Shown here one piece after another: positions 41,342 through 50,583 of a DNA stretch of 64,000 nt. The stretch's first letter is position 1. Every line of letters starts with the position of its first letter. The notes under the pieces are model-generated. The model had not been told where the DNA came from, did not search any database, and saw only the letters and a program-made list of their open reading frames with translations. The stretch spans positions 8,866-72,865 of the forward strand of contig SGYR01000001.1 in NCBI GenBank assembly GCA_004213405.1, read 5' to 3'. A program made the translations under genes and the position numbers. This DNA is from Candidatus Actinomarinales bacterium. GTDB lineage: Bacteria; Actinomycetota; Acidimicrobiia; Actinomarinales; Actinomarinaceae.

Positions 41342-42569
41342 TTAGTATAAATTTATCTTTTTGTGTTTCCAACCAGTTTCCCTCACTAGATTTTCTTATT
41401 CCTGGTATCCATAGAATAGTATCTTTGAGTTTAAGAACTGGCCAGACCTCTCGAAGTGACTTATTTACCCCATATGAACGAAATATTTCAGTAGCTTTTT
41501 GGTTATGACTGCCTGTTTTAAATAGATCTCCATCAGAAATTTCACTAAAATAAATTTCATTTTCTAGGTATTTTGGTAATGATATAGACCAATTATTTAA
41601 AGTGTTGATAGAATCATATTTTTCGAAATTAAAATAACCTTTTTGTTCTAGCAAAACTCTACTACCTGTCCATTTTTCTTTATTTACAAAAATAAGAAGC
41701 CCACTTTGAGTTGAAACTTCCCAATTTTCAAAAAAACTTTTCCTGATATTTTTTTCAATGACAGAAAATATTTTTTTGATATCGGAATTCTGTAATCCGC
41801 TTTGTCTAATATATTGAGATATTGTTGACAGCAAATAATAAGAGGCTGAGTTGTCCTTATTTATCAGTGAAATTGGAACTTCTACATATCCTTTTGCACT
41901 TTTTATATACGAAATTAGTTTTTTATCATTTTTTGTTAGTTCATCTATTTCATAAATTAAACCTTGTATTTTGTTATTTAAATCTCCTTTGAAATTCTTT
42001 TCAATGCTCGGAATAATTTCATTCCTTAACCAATTCCGTAAAATTGAGTTGTCTTTGTTTGTAGAGTCTTCTAAAAAATTTATTTTTTTATCCTGTGCAT
42101 ATTTAATGATTGAAGACTTTTTAATATCAATTAGTGGTCTTAATATACTTTTTGTCTCTTGCTTTATAGAAAGTAGGCCTTTGAGTCTTGTTCCTCTGAA
42201 CAGATTTATCATAAAAGTTTCTACTCTATCATCATTATGATGTCCCAGTAGAAGAATTTCATCTTGTTGCATGTTACTAAACAAAACTTCGTACCTTGCA
42301 TTTCGCATTTTTGTTTCTGACGAATCAGAATCTAATTGGGTATCTACATTCAAATGATCGATACCTAAATCTTTAGCAAAATTTTCAGCTGATTTTTGAA
42401 GTTTGTCAGAGTCTTTTTGATTGTGATTAACAAAAACACTCCTGACATTTGATGTATAAGAGTGCACTATATGCAGCAGAACTGAGCTGTCAACACCCCC
42501 GCTTAATGCAACAACATAGTTTTGAGTTGGATTAAGTAAATTAGTAATTTTATTTTCAATTTCAGTCAT
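41304..42569 (-). CDS. tilS: tRNA(Ile)-lysidine synthetase
   Basis: PP-loop SGGVDS motif. Confidence 0.9.
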   Translation of the reverse strand: MTEIENKITNLLNPTQNYVVALSGGVDSSVLLHIVHSYTSNVRSVFVNHNQKDSDKLQKSAENFAKDLGIDHLNVDTQLDSDSSETKMRNARYEVLFSNMQQDEILLLGHHNDDRVETFMINLFRGTRLKGLLSIKQETKSILRPLIDIKKSSIIKYAQDKKINFLEDSTNKDNSILRNWLRNEIIPSIEKNFKGDLNNKIQGLIYEIDELTKNDKKLISYIKSAKGYVEVPISLINKDNSASYYLLSTISQYIRQSGLQNSDIKKIFSVIEKNIRKSFFENWEVSTQSGLLIFVNKEKWTGSRVLLEQKGYFNFEKYDSINTLNNWSISLPKYLENEIYFSEISDGDLFKTGSHNQKATEIFRSYGVNKSLREVWPVLKLKDTILWIPGIRKSSEGNWLETQKDKFILSASTEKVSIENF

Positions 42570-42584
42570 TACAAGAAGACTAAT

Positions 42585-42878
42585 TTATTTTTCTATAACT
42601 TTGTATCTTTTTCTTGTTACTTGTCTGAAGTACTGGATGACATTACCAAGAATCACCAGAGTAGCTATCGCAACAGTAGTTGGAATTAAAAACCTGTAAG
42701 TCCAAGCTACATCCTCTATCTGCTCTGGTGGTTCCTCTATAACTATTGCAGGTACTGGTAGGTTCTCATCCATTGTTCCCTGTTGGGTTTCATTTTCCTC
42801 AACATGATCATCAGCTAATGCAGACATTGCTGGTGTCATGACTAAAAACAAACCGAGTACAAATGCAAACTTTTTCAC
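42585..42878 (-). CDS. Small secreted/membrane protein (signal peptide, acidic region, C-terminal TM, basic tail)
   Basis: MKKFAFVLGLFLVMTPAMSALA signal; TM TTVAIATLVILGNVI; no family recognised. Confidence 0.5.
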   Translation of the reverse strand: MKKFAFVLGLFLVMTPAMSALADDHVEENETQQGTMDENLPVPAIVIEEPPEQIEDVAWTYRFLIPTTVAIATLVILGNVIQYFRQVTRKRYKVIEK

Positions 42879-42917
42879 AATATGAGACTAGTAAAAGTTT
42901 AAAAAAATATAAAGATT

Positions 42918-43757
42918 TTAAAAATTAATATTGAGTTGATATTTTGCAGAAAATTTTTCTAATTCATCGGAGCTGAGTTTAGATAATGAATATTTTTCTA
43001 TTTTCTTAGGTACCTTAACGTCTACTCTTAATGTTGTAAGACTTTTAAATAGCTTAAGCAATTCATAGTTTTCGAAAATTGTGTTTGCATGCCTTTCTCC
43101 ACTTCTTATATTGTTTTTCCAGATATTTAAATTTTGATAAATTTTTTCAATATTTTCATACTCTTGAAGTAGTGCTGATGCAGTCTTTTCACCAATACCA
43201 TTCATACCTGGTATGCCATCAGAAGAATCACCAACAAGTGCCAAAAAATCTGGTATTTGATGAGGATGTACACCAAATTTCTTATAAACATCATCTCCTG
43301 TTGTAAAAGATTTATACCTGGTGGAGTACATTGAAATATTTTTAACATTTAGACATTGCATTAGATCTTTATCTAATGATCCAATAATAATTTCTACATT
43401 TTCATTTTTAAATAATTCACATACAGACGCAATAGCATCGTCTGCTTCATAATGGTCCATTGGTAATAAAGTAAGTCCAAGTAATTCTGTAACTTTTTCA
43501 GCCAAAGGGAACTGATCTAATATTTCTTTATCAATATTTTTACTAGATTTGTATTCGTTATAAATTTCATTTCTAAAAGATTCCACCTTTGAATCGAATG
43601 CAACACCTATATATTCATATTTTTTTCTTAAGGATTGCAAGTGGTTTATGTATCCTTTTAATGCACCTACTTCTTTTCCCTGTTTTGTCTTCCTGCTTGG
43701 ATAACCAAAATGTGCCCTGAATAGCTCGTAAGTACCATCAACTAGGTAGATTTCCAT
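42918..43757 (-). CDS. 5'-3' exonuclease (FEN/PolI N-terminal-like, stand-alone)
   Basis: PIN-like N-domain with acidic cluster, H3TH GIGEKTA motif. Confidence 0.85.
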   Translation of the reverse strand: MEIYLVDGTYELFRAHFGYPSRKTKQGKEVGALKGYINHLQSLRKKYEYIGVAFDSKVESFRNEIYNEYKSSKNIDKEILDQFPLAEKVTELLGLTLLPMDHYEADDAIASVCELFKNENVEIIIGSLDKDLMQCLNVKNISMYSTRYKSFTTGDDVYKKFGVHPHQIPDFLALVGDSSDGIPGMNGIGEKTASALLQEYENIEKIYQNLNIWKNNIRSGERHANTIFENYELLKLFKSLTTLRVDVKVPKKIEKYSLSKLSSDELEKFSAKYQLNINF

Positions 43758-43794
43758 ATTTAAATTTTAATTAAAAACTTTTGTAAAAAGCAAA

Positions 43795-43830
43795 AATCCC
43801 GATTGATCTTGCGACCCTTCGGGATTTTTT
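43795..43830 (-). terminator. Intrinsic terminator downstream of metY
   Basis: AATCCCGA...TCGGGATT stem (inner CCCGAAGGG hairpin) followed by U-tracts in both orientations. Confidence 0.6.
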
Positions 43831-43948
43831 GTTCTATCTTCTTTTCTATCTTGCGATTTCTTTTCCGATAGTGTTCTATAAATATACGTTAGTTTTTACT
43901 CTTGTGCAAGAAAATTACTAATGTATTTTTCGCGAGGTTAATGAAGTT

Positions 43949-45229
43949 TTAGTTTGCGCTTTCAAGTGCTTGAGATAAGTCTTCAATAATATCCTCAATA
44001 TCTTCAATACCTATTGATAACCTAACAAGTTCAGGTGGTGAACCAGCTGCAACAAGTTGCTCATCGTCAAGTTGTGAGTGTGTAGTAGAAGCTGGATGTA
44101 TAGCTAAAGATCTAGTATCTCCAACATTTGCGACGTGTCTAAACATTTTAAGGTTGTCTATAAACTTCTGACCAGCATCTTTTCCACCTTTAATTCCAAA
44201 CACAACCATTGTTCCACCTGTGCCTTTGAGATATTTTTCTGACAACTCATAAGCAGGGTCACCTTTCAATCCTGGAAACCTTACCCATTCAACTAGTTCA
44301 TGGCTAGATAAATACTCTGCTGCTTTTATTGCGTTTTCACAGTGTCGTTCCATTCTGAGACTTAATGTTTCAAGACCACTCAAGACTTCAAAGGCAGTTT
44401 CAGGGCCCATATTTGCTCCAAGATTTCTTAGAGGAACTGTTCTCAGCCTTAATGAATAAGCAACATTTCCTAAATCACCTAAGTCATGACCCCATCTCAT
44501 GCCACCGTAACTGGTGTCTGGCTTGTCATATAATGGAAAGTTTCCATTGCCCCAGTCAAAACCTCCGTTTTCAATTACTGCACCAGCAATAACCCTTCCG
44601 TGGCCAGACATCCATTTTGTTAATGAATAAACAACAATGTCCGCTCCATATTCAAAAGGCTTTAATATAGCTGAGGTAGTAAATGTTGCATCAACAATTA
44701 ATGGTATACCTTTTGAATGTGCTATCTCTGATAGAGCTGATATGTCAGCAACAACTAAACCTGGATTTGTTATCGTTTCACAATATATTGCTCTAGTTTT
44801 GTCGTCGATTGCATTTTCAACTGCTGCTAAATCAGTAATATCAACTTTTTTTGAATCAATACCGTATTCAGGAAGAATATTGTCAAACATTGTATAAGTT
44901 CCACCATAAAGTTGGTTGGCTGTAACAAAATTGTCTCCCTGACTCATAATATTTATAAGTGAATACATTACTGCAGATGTTCCTGAGGAAAGAGCTACGC
45001 ACATAGCGCCCTCTTCTAGTGCGGTTAGTCTTGCTTCAAGTGCTCCAACTGTGGGATTTCCTAATCTGGAATATATATTTCCAAACTCTTTTAAACCAAA
45101 TAAATTCGCAGCATGTTCTGTATTGTTGAATTGATATGCTGTTGTTTTATAAATTGGAACAGTTATGGAACCTTCTGCATCAGCATCTGAATCCCAACCT
45201 GCATGTATTAGCTTTGAATTAAATTTCAC
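43949..45229 (-). CDS. metY: O-acetylhomoserine aminocarboxypropyltransferase/sulfhydrylase (PLP-dependent Cys/Met metabolism enzyme)
   Basis: Cys/Met PLP family with Lys-containing SLTKWMSGHG PLP site; GTG start with AAGGAG RBS. Confidence 0.9.
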   Translation of the reverse strand: MKFNSKLIHAGWDSDADAEGSITVPIYKTTAYQFNNTEHAANLFGLKEFGNIYSRLGNPTVGALEARLTALEEGAMCVALSSGTSAVMYSLINIMSQGDNFVTANQLYGGTYTMFDNILPEYGIDSKKVDITDLAAVENAIDDKTRAIYCETITNPGLVVADISALSEIAHSKGIPLIVDATFTTSAILKPFEYGADIVVYSLTKWMSGHGRVIAGAVIENGGFDWGNGNFPLYDKPDTSYGGMRWGHDLGDLGNVAYSLRLRTVPLRNLGANMGPETAFEVLSGLETLSLRMERHCENAIKAAEYLSSHELVEWVRFPGLKGDPAYELSEKYLKGTGGTMVVFGIKGGKDAGQKFIDNLKMFRHVANVGDTRSLAIHPASTTHSQLDDEQLVAAGSPPELVRLSIGIEDIEDIIEDLSQALESAN

Positions 45230-45350
45230 TATTTCTCCTTTAATTTGGAGAAGGAGTTTGACTACTTAGTTGCATTTCTGCCACATTTTCAAGCACCTTG
45301 GATAGTCATCCAGGTTGCCGAGGTCTTAACCTTCTCTTTATGCTTCCTGA
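45230..45350 (-). promoter_or_regulatory. Candidate SAM riboswitch (SAM-I clan, SAM-I/IV-variant-like) in metY leader
   Basis: Leader RNA: GCAUAAAGAGAAGG-UUAAGACC-UCGGCAACC-[CCUGGAU..AUCCAAGG hairpin]-UGCUU..AAUGUGG, then anti-SD helix UUCUCC/GGAGAA sequestering RBS; paralogous to metK leader. Confidence 0.55.
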
Positions 45351-45375
45351 ATTATATCAAATGATTTAAATTTGA

Positions 45376-46464
45376 CTAAATACTTTCTATTTTTTCCCAA
45401 TTCCTGTCAGCATGTCCGAAGTGAGAAAATAAAGTATCTTCTCTGTAATTGACACTAGTTAAATTTAATCTTTCAATAATGGCTCCGGGCTTCATATCAA
45501 ACTTGTCAACAAAATCATTCAATTTACCCTGTTCAACTTTGAGTGTTCCGAAAGTCTCTATTGAAAGCTCGTAAGGCTCTGCTTTGCCTATTGCATACGA
45601 AACTCTTACTAAGCAATCATCCGCTAATTTATGTGCAACAATATTTTTTGCTAAATGTCTGGCAGCATAGGCAGCCGATCTATCAACTTTACTCGGGTCT
45701 TTTCCGGAGAATGCCCCTCCACCCACTGGTACTGATGGTCCATAAGAGTCAACAACTATCTTTCGACCAGTTAGTCCAGTGTCACCAGCCGGACCTCCTT
45801 TGATGAATGATCCTGATGGATTCAAATCTAACTCAAATTCAGATTCAACATTATTAGAAACAATATCAGAAACTTCTTGAAATAGTTTCTCCATATCAAT
45901 AGCTTTGTTGTGTTGTGTAGACACTACAACTTTTGTTTTTTCTCCTCCACTAGTTACTTGTACTTTTGAATCAAGATCAAGCATCTCATCGGAATTTTGA
46001 AGATCCCACAGTGATTTTTGTATATTTCTGGACATATCAAATGTTGGTGGCATAAACGATTTTGTTTTGTTAGTTGCAAACCCTACCATTATTCCTTGAT
46101 CTCCAGCACCTTGGTCCTTATCGTCTTCAACAGCTGCACGAATTTCCTCAGATTGTGGTGTTAATTCGTTATAGATAGATAGATTGTCTAAATCAAAATC
46201 TTCAAAGCTAGTTTTTATAGTTTTGTTAAGTGCTTCTTTAACAATTGTAAGAACATCATCAGTAGTTATTTCTGCAATTTCACTAATTTCTCCACCTACA
46301 AGTACTAGACCACCATTCTTTGTTCCCGTAAGAAAGGTCTCCACTGCAACTCTTGACGAACTGTTGTTTTGTAAAGCTTTTGTTAAAACATAATCAGAAA
46401 TTAAGTCTGCAATTTTGTCAGGATGTCCTGGGGAAACTGTTTCAGCAGTTACATATTTTGACAA
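45376..46464 (-). CDS. metK: S-adenosylmethionine synthase
   Basis: GHPDKIADLISD motif, MetK three-domain pattern; proposed TTG start at 46464 with AAGGAGA RBS 7 nt upstream (the longer ORF to 46548 would run through the conserved leader). Confidence 0.9.
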   Translation of the reverse strand: MSKYVTAETVSPGHPDKIADLISDYVLTKALQNNSSSRVAVETFLTGTKNGGLVLVGGEISEIAEITTDDVLTIVKEALNKTIKTSFEDFDLDNLSIYNELTPQSEEIRAAVEDDKDQGAGDQGIMVGFATNKTKSFMPPTFDMSRNIQKSLWDLQNSDEMLDLDSKVQVTSGGEKTKVVVSTQHNKAIDMEKLFQEVSDIVSNNVESEFELDLNPSGSFIKGGPAGDTGLTGRKIVVDSYGPSVPVGGGAFSGKDPSKVDRSAAYAARHLAKNIVAHKLADDCLVRVSYAIGKAEPYELSIETFGTLKVEQGKLNDFVDKFDMKPGAIIERLNLTSVNYREDTLFSHFGHADRNWEKIESI

Positions 46465-46585
46465 TTTAAGTCTCCTTGTTAAAAAACGCAAGGATTGGAA
46501 CGCCATTTTTTGTTGTATAACCACATCAAAAAGCACCTTAGTTGGCATCTAGGTTGCTGAGGAATTCCTCTCTCTATGCATTAAA
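46465..46585 (-). promoter_or_regulatory. Candidate SAM riboswitch (SAM-I clan, SAM-I/IV-variant-like) in metK leader
   Basis: Leader RNA: GCAUAGAGAGAGG-[GAGGAAUUCCUC hairpin]-AGCAACC-[CCUAG..CUAAGG hairpin]-UGCUUUUUGAUGUGG, then anti-SD helix CCUUG/CAAGG over RBS; compensatory A-U vs G-C change relative to metY copy. Confidence 0.55.
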
Positions 46586-46662
46586 TATGGTAATTAAAAT
46601 AAAATGTTTTTCAATCAAAAGACAAAGAAAACTTTAAATAATTCTCTAGCTAACCTTTAACT

Positions 46663-47841
46663 ATGATTACTGATACTAAAAAAATATTTGGTCTTTTACT
46701 ATCAGTTGGTTTTTCATCGATTGGTTTCATAGCTGCAATCACTGTAACAGTATTGGCTGCAAGAGAGGTGTCAAACAATCCGTTATTTCTTGGATTCCCA
46801 AACGCTGTAGGTGTAGGTGGTGCGTTTCTTGGAACTCAAATGTTTTATAAAATTTCGAAAAAATATTCCAGACTTGCTGCATTGTCCTTGACATTTTTTG
46901 TAGGTGCTCTTGGGAGTGTTGTATTATTTTACAGTCTTATTGTTGACTCTTTTATTTTGTTAATGATTGGCGCACTAATACTCGGATTTGGACAATCTGC
47001 AACACTTCAATCAAGATACGCTGCATCATTTGTTGCAAGTGAAAAATTTAAAGCTACAGCATTATCCCTTGCAGTTTGGTTTTCTGTGTTTGGATCAGTT
47101 TTTGGACCAAGATTAGTAAGTGTCTATTCTGATTATTTTGATAATTTATTTAACTCTGAATTAATTGTTGGCTATATAGTCGCAATGGTTGGTATGCTTT
47201 TTGCCTCCGCATCAGTTTTGACGTTTACTACTTCAAACAGTTCACTTCGAGAGCCAGCAGAAGTAGAACAAGTTGCAGAGAAAGCAATTGAATCAAAAAA
47301 AGATGGAAATATTTTGACACTTCTTCTAGTTCTAAATCATTTCACAATGGTCGTAATTATGTCAGCAACACCCCTCCATGTTCAAGATATTGGTGAAACA
47401 GTTGAATTAGTTGGAGTAATTATTAGTTACCACACACTTGGAATGTTTTTGCTATCACCTATATTAGGAAATTATGTTGACAAATACGGATACAAAAATT
47501 TTACCTATGTAGGAACTGCAATTTTATTTATAAGTTGTTTGACTACATTTATTAATTCTGGTCCACTTGCACTAAAAATAGGTCTTTATTTGCTTGGATT
47601 AGGTTGGAACTTCAATTATGTAGCAATCAGTGCAGCTATTTCAAAATTTTCAATCAAATTTAAAACACCTTTAAATATACGAAGCGACTCTTATGTGTTC
47701 CTCGGAAGTTTTACAGCTCACACAACCTTAGGACTCTCTTATTTATTAATTGGATATAGAGGGTTAGTGTCTGTAGGAATGCTTGTGAGTATATATTTGT
47801 TCTTAAATTTAAAGAAGTTAAAGAAACTAGATATTGACTGA
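46663..47841 (+). CDS. MFS transporter
   Basis: 12 predicted TM, MFS-like organisation. Confidence 0.7.
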   Translation: MITDTKKIFGLLLSVGFSSIGFIAAITVTVLAAREVSNNPLFLGFPNAVGVGGAFLGTQMFYKISKKYSRLAALSLTFFVGALGSVVLFYSLIVDSFILLMIGALILGFGQSATLQSRYAASFVASEKFKATALSLAVWFSVFGSVFGPRLVSVYSDYFDNLFNSELIVGYIVAMVGMLFASASVLTFTTSNSSLREPAEVEQVAEKAIESKKDGNILTLLLVLNHFTMVVIMSATPLHVQDIGETVELVGVIISYHTLGMFLLSPILGNYVDKYGYKNFTYVGTAILFISCLTTFINSGPLALKIGLYLLGLGWNFNYVAISAAISKFSIKFKTPLNIRSDSYVFLGSFTAHTTLGLSYLLIGYRGLVSVGMLVSIYLFLNLKKLKKLDID

Positions 47842-48444
47842 ATGAATGATGATTTCACCTTTGAAGAGAAATTTTTAATTAAAAGAGATAAAGTTTTATC
47901 AAAAGTAATTAAAACCAATGGACCCATAAAATTCTCCAAGAGTAAAAAAGATCCTTTTGATACTTTTGTAGACATAATTATTTCACAATTCATCTCTACC
48001 CTGGCTGCCAAGAGTATTAAGGAAAAAATGTTGGAAAATTTTAACGAAAAACAATTTAAAGTAGAAAACTTTGAAAAACTTAGCGTTATACAAATTAAAA
48101 ATTTAGGATTAAGCCTCAACAAAGCTAAATCAATTAAAGCAGTAATCAGTTGGCTTGAAATGCAATCAATGAAGAATTTTTTTAATCTCACTCAGGTGGA
48201 AAGAGAAAAGTCATTATTAAAAATTTTTGGAATAGGTCCTTGGAGTGTTGATATGTTTGAAATGTTTTGCATTCGCAATAAGAATATTTTTTCCTATGGA
48301 GATGCTGCTTTAAGACAAGCAATGATTCAGCTTAAAATGGTTGACAAAGATGCGACTCAAAAACAATTCGAAAACTATGCGGAAAAATGGGGTCCATACA
48401 AAACCCATGCTTGTTTACATTTGTGGGAGATGATTGAGTCTTAA
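47842..48444 (+). CDS. DNA-3-methyladenine glycosylase II family protein (HhH-GPD, AlkA C-terminal domain-like)
   Basis: HhH motif LKIFGIGPWSVDMF followed by catalytic Asp (YGDAALRQ). Confidence 0.75.
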   Translation: MNDDFTFEEKFLIKRDKVLSKVIKTNGPIKFSKSKKDPFDTFVDIIISQFISTLAAKSIKEKMLENFNEKQFKVENFEKLSVIQIKNLGLSLNKAKSIKAVISWLEMQSMKNFFNLTQVEREKSLLKIFGIGPWSVDMFEMFCIRNKNIFSYGDAALRQAMIQLKMVDKDATQKQFENYAEKWGPYKTHACLHLWEMIES

Positions 48445-49709
48445 ATAGTTACTTTAACGTCCTCAATTGGGTGAGGAATTGGAGTAGGTCTAATATTTAA
48501 ACTTTTGTCAATAGAAGGCTTCTCAACATTCTGAACGTACTTATAAATTACATTTTTAAACATATAGCTAGCAAAAAACTTTCCAATGCAAGTGTGCGCT
48601 CCACCAGCAAAAGGGAAATAAGCCTTATTAGTATAAGTTGGATCTATAAACCTATACGGATCAAATACTGATGGATTATCCCAATACCTTTCATCATGGT
48701 GTAATAACAAAGGACTTATAGTTAAATAAGTACCACCGTCTACGTTGTAGCCTCCTATTTTTGTATCTCTCATAACTCTTCTTATTGAAAATGGCACTGG
48801 TGGGTAGTATCTGATTGCTTCTTGAAAAATTGATTCCGCGAAATTTCCATTTTTAAGTGACGAAATATCCAGTGGATCAACTTCTGAAGCTTCCTGTCGA
48901 AGATTATTTAAAAAATCTGGATTTTTTGAGAGATTATAAATTGAATTGGTAAGTGTTATGGTCGTTGTGTCATGAGCTGCAAGTAGTAAAAAAATCATAT
49001 GTTCTGCAATTTCATGATCACTTAGCCCTGCATCTCCCTTGTTTGTGTTAACTAATTCTGCAAATAGTGTTTTTTTACTTTCTTCATCAATCATTTGTGA
49101 CTTTGACTCAAAATAATCGAGTAAATATTCTCTTGCCTTAAGTCCCTTTTTCAACTGTGTAAATGGAAGAGGCCATCGAACAGCTGATGTAGCAGATGCA
49201 ATAGAATCCATAAAAAGATTGTTTAGCTTTTGAGATTCATCGTTTTTTACATCTAGAAAAAATAAACTCAAAGATATATCGAACATTAATTGTTTTATGG
49301 ATTCATACAAATTAAAGGTTGTTTTAGTTTTTATGCTTTCTACCCAGGTATCAATAATTGGTTGAATGATTGACAGGTAATTATGAATTGCATCATGCCT
49401 GAAAGAGTCTTGAAGAAGGGTTCGGTGGTATTTATGATCATCAAAGTCTCGAAGCATAAGTCCGTTTTCAAATGTTGGACCAAGGGTGACAGCCCACCCT
49501 TCTTTAGAAGAGAAGTTGTCATCTTTATCTAGAAAGACTTCCTTTGTAATTTCTGGAGTCAAAAGAACTATAAAATTTTCGTTTAGCAATGAAATCTGAA
49601 ATATATCTCCATATTTTTTCTGCTTTTCAGCTGTAAAATTTAGCGCATTTCTTTGAAATGGTATAGAGTGGCCAATTATTGGTAAACCAGGAACTTTAGG
49701 TATTTCCAT
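48441..49709 (-). CDS. Cytochrome P450
   Basis: Heme-thiolate motif FPFAGGAHTCIGKFFA, ExxR (EAIRYYPP) motif. Confidence 0.9.
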   Translation of the reverse strand: MEIPKVPGLPIIGHSIPFQRNALNFTAEKQKKYGDIFQISLLNENFIVLLTPEITKEVFLDKDDNFSSKEGWAVTLGPTFENGLMLRDFDDHKYHRTLLQDSFRHDAIHNYLSIIQPIIDTWVESIKTKTTFNLYESIKQLMFDISLSLFFLDVKNDESQKLNNLFMDSIASATSAVRWPLPFTQLKKGLKAREYLLDYFESKSQMIDEESKKTLFAELVNTNKGDAGLSDHEIAEHMIFLLLAAHDTTTITLTNSIYNLSKNPDFLNNLRQEASEVDPLDISSLKNGNFAESIFQEAIRYYPPVPFSIRRVMRDTKIGGYNVDGGTYLTISPLLLHHDERYWDNPSVFDPYRFIDPTYTNKAYFPFAGGAHTCIGKFFASYMFKNVIYKYVQNVEKPSIDKSLNIRPTPIPHPIEDVKVTI

Positions 49710-49758
49710 GTTTGTATTTTACAACTAATTAAAGTGGTTGGAAAGATTGTTCATCAAA

Positions 49759-50583
49759 TTATAAAATAAACTCATCTAAATCATTACCAACAATTATTTC
49801 GCCATCGTAATACTGAGATATTTCAGCTTTTAGACTTTCCTCATCAAATACTGGCGGAACGAAATGATTTAATATTAGCTTTTTTACATTGGCTGCTTGA
49901 GCTAAAGTTCCAACATCTTCTGGTGTGGAATGATACTCTTTTACATTTACTAATGTATCTTGTGTCATTCTTTTATCATCAAAATTAAGACTCACAAAAA
50001 CCTCATGAATTAAATAATCTGCATCTTTTGAAGCTTCTTCCAAATTTATACTGTATCGTGTATCTCCTGAATAAGTTATTTTTTTGTCATCTACAAAAAC
50101 TTGATACCCATATGCTGGCTCAACAGGCTGATGTTGTACCTCTATGCTTGTTATTTTTATACCCATTGATTCGTAAACAAATTCTTTTTCAATTTCACTA
50201 ATCTCAATATCTAAACCTTCATGGTTAGGTCTTTTCTCCCAGTCAACTCTTAGATTTAATTCATCTGAATATGCTTCAACAGTTTTATCAAAAAACTTTT
50301 TTATACCCTTTGGGCCAACAATTTTAAATGGCTTAGTTCTTCCAGTGTGCCAGCCTGAAATGTAAAGTTGATATAAGTCGACAATATGGTCTGAGTGAAG
50401 ATGAGTAATTAAAATGATATCTATTTCCGATGGAGCTAACCCGAAGTTGCTCAATCTTTGTGTTACTCCAGAACCAGCGTCTATCAATATTTTGTGTTTT
50501 TCTGTAAAGATTAAAGTGCTTGGACCGTAGCGAATATGGCTTGGACTAGGGCAACCTGTGCCAAGTAAAACAATTCTATTCAT
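49759..50583 (-). CDS. MBL-fold metallo-hydrolase (RNase Z/ElaC-like)
   Basis: HLHSDH zinc-binding motif. Confidence 0.75.
   Translation of the reverse strand: MNRIVLLGTGCPSPSHIRYGPSTLIFTEKHKILIDAGSGVTQRLSNFGLAPSEIDIILITHLHSDHIVDLYQLYISGWHTGRTKPFKIVGPKGIKKFFDKTVEAYSDELNLRVDWEKRPNHEGLDIEISEIEKEFVYESMGIKITSIEVQHQPVEPAYGYQVFVDDKKITYSGDTRYSINLEEASKDADYLIHEVFVSLNFDDKRMTQDTLVNVKEYHSTPEDVGTLAQAANVKKLILNHFVPPVFDEESLKAEISQYYDGEIIVGNDLDEFIL

Noticed and set aside
45376-46548. Longest-ORF start for metK (429 aa version at 46548)
   Set aside because: N-terminal 28 codons lack conservation, have no RBS and would overlap the conserved structured leader; TTG at 46464 with AAGGAGA RBS matches MetK N-terminus alignment.
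47739-48191. 150-aa minus-strand ORF spanning the MFS / alkA-like junction
   Set aside because: Overlaps two well-supported + strand genes; Lys/Phe-rich low-complexity translation.
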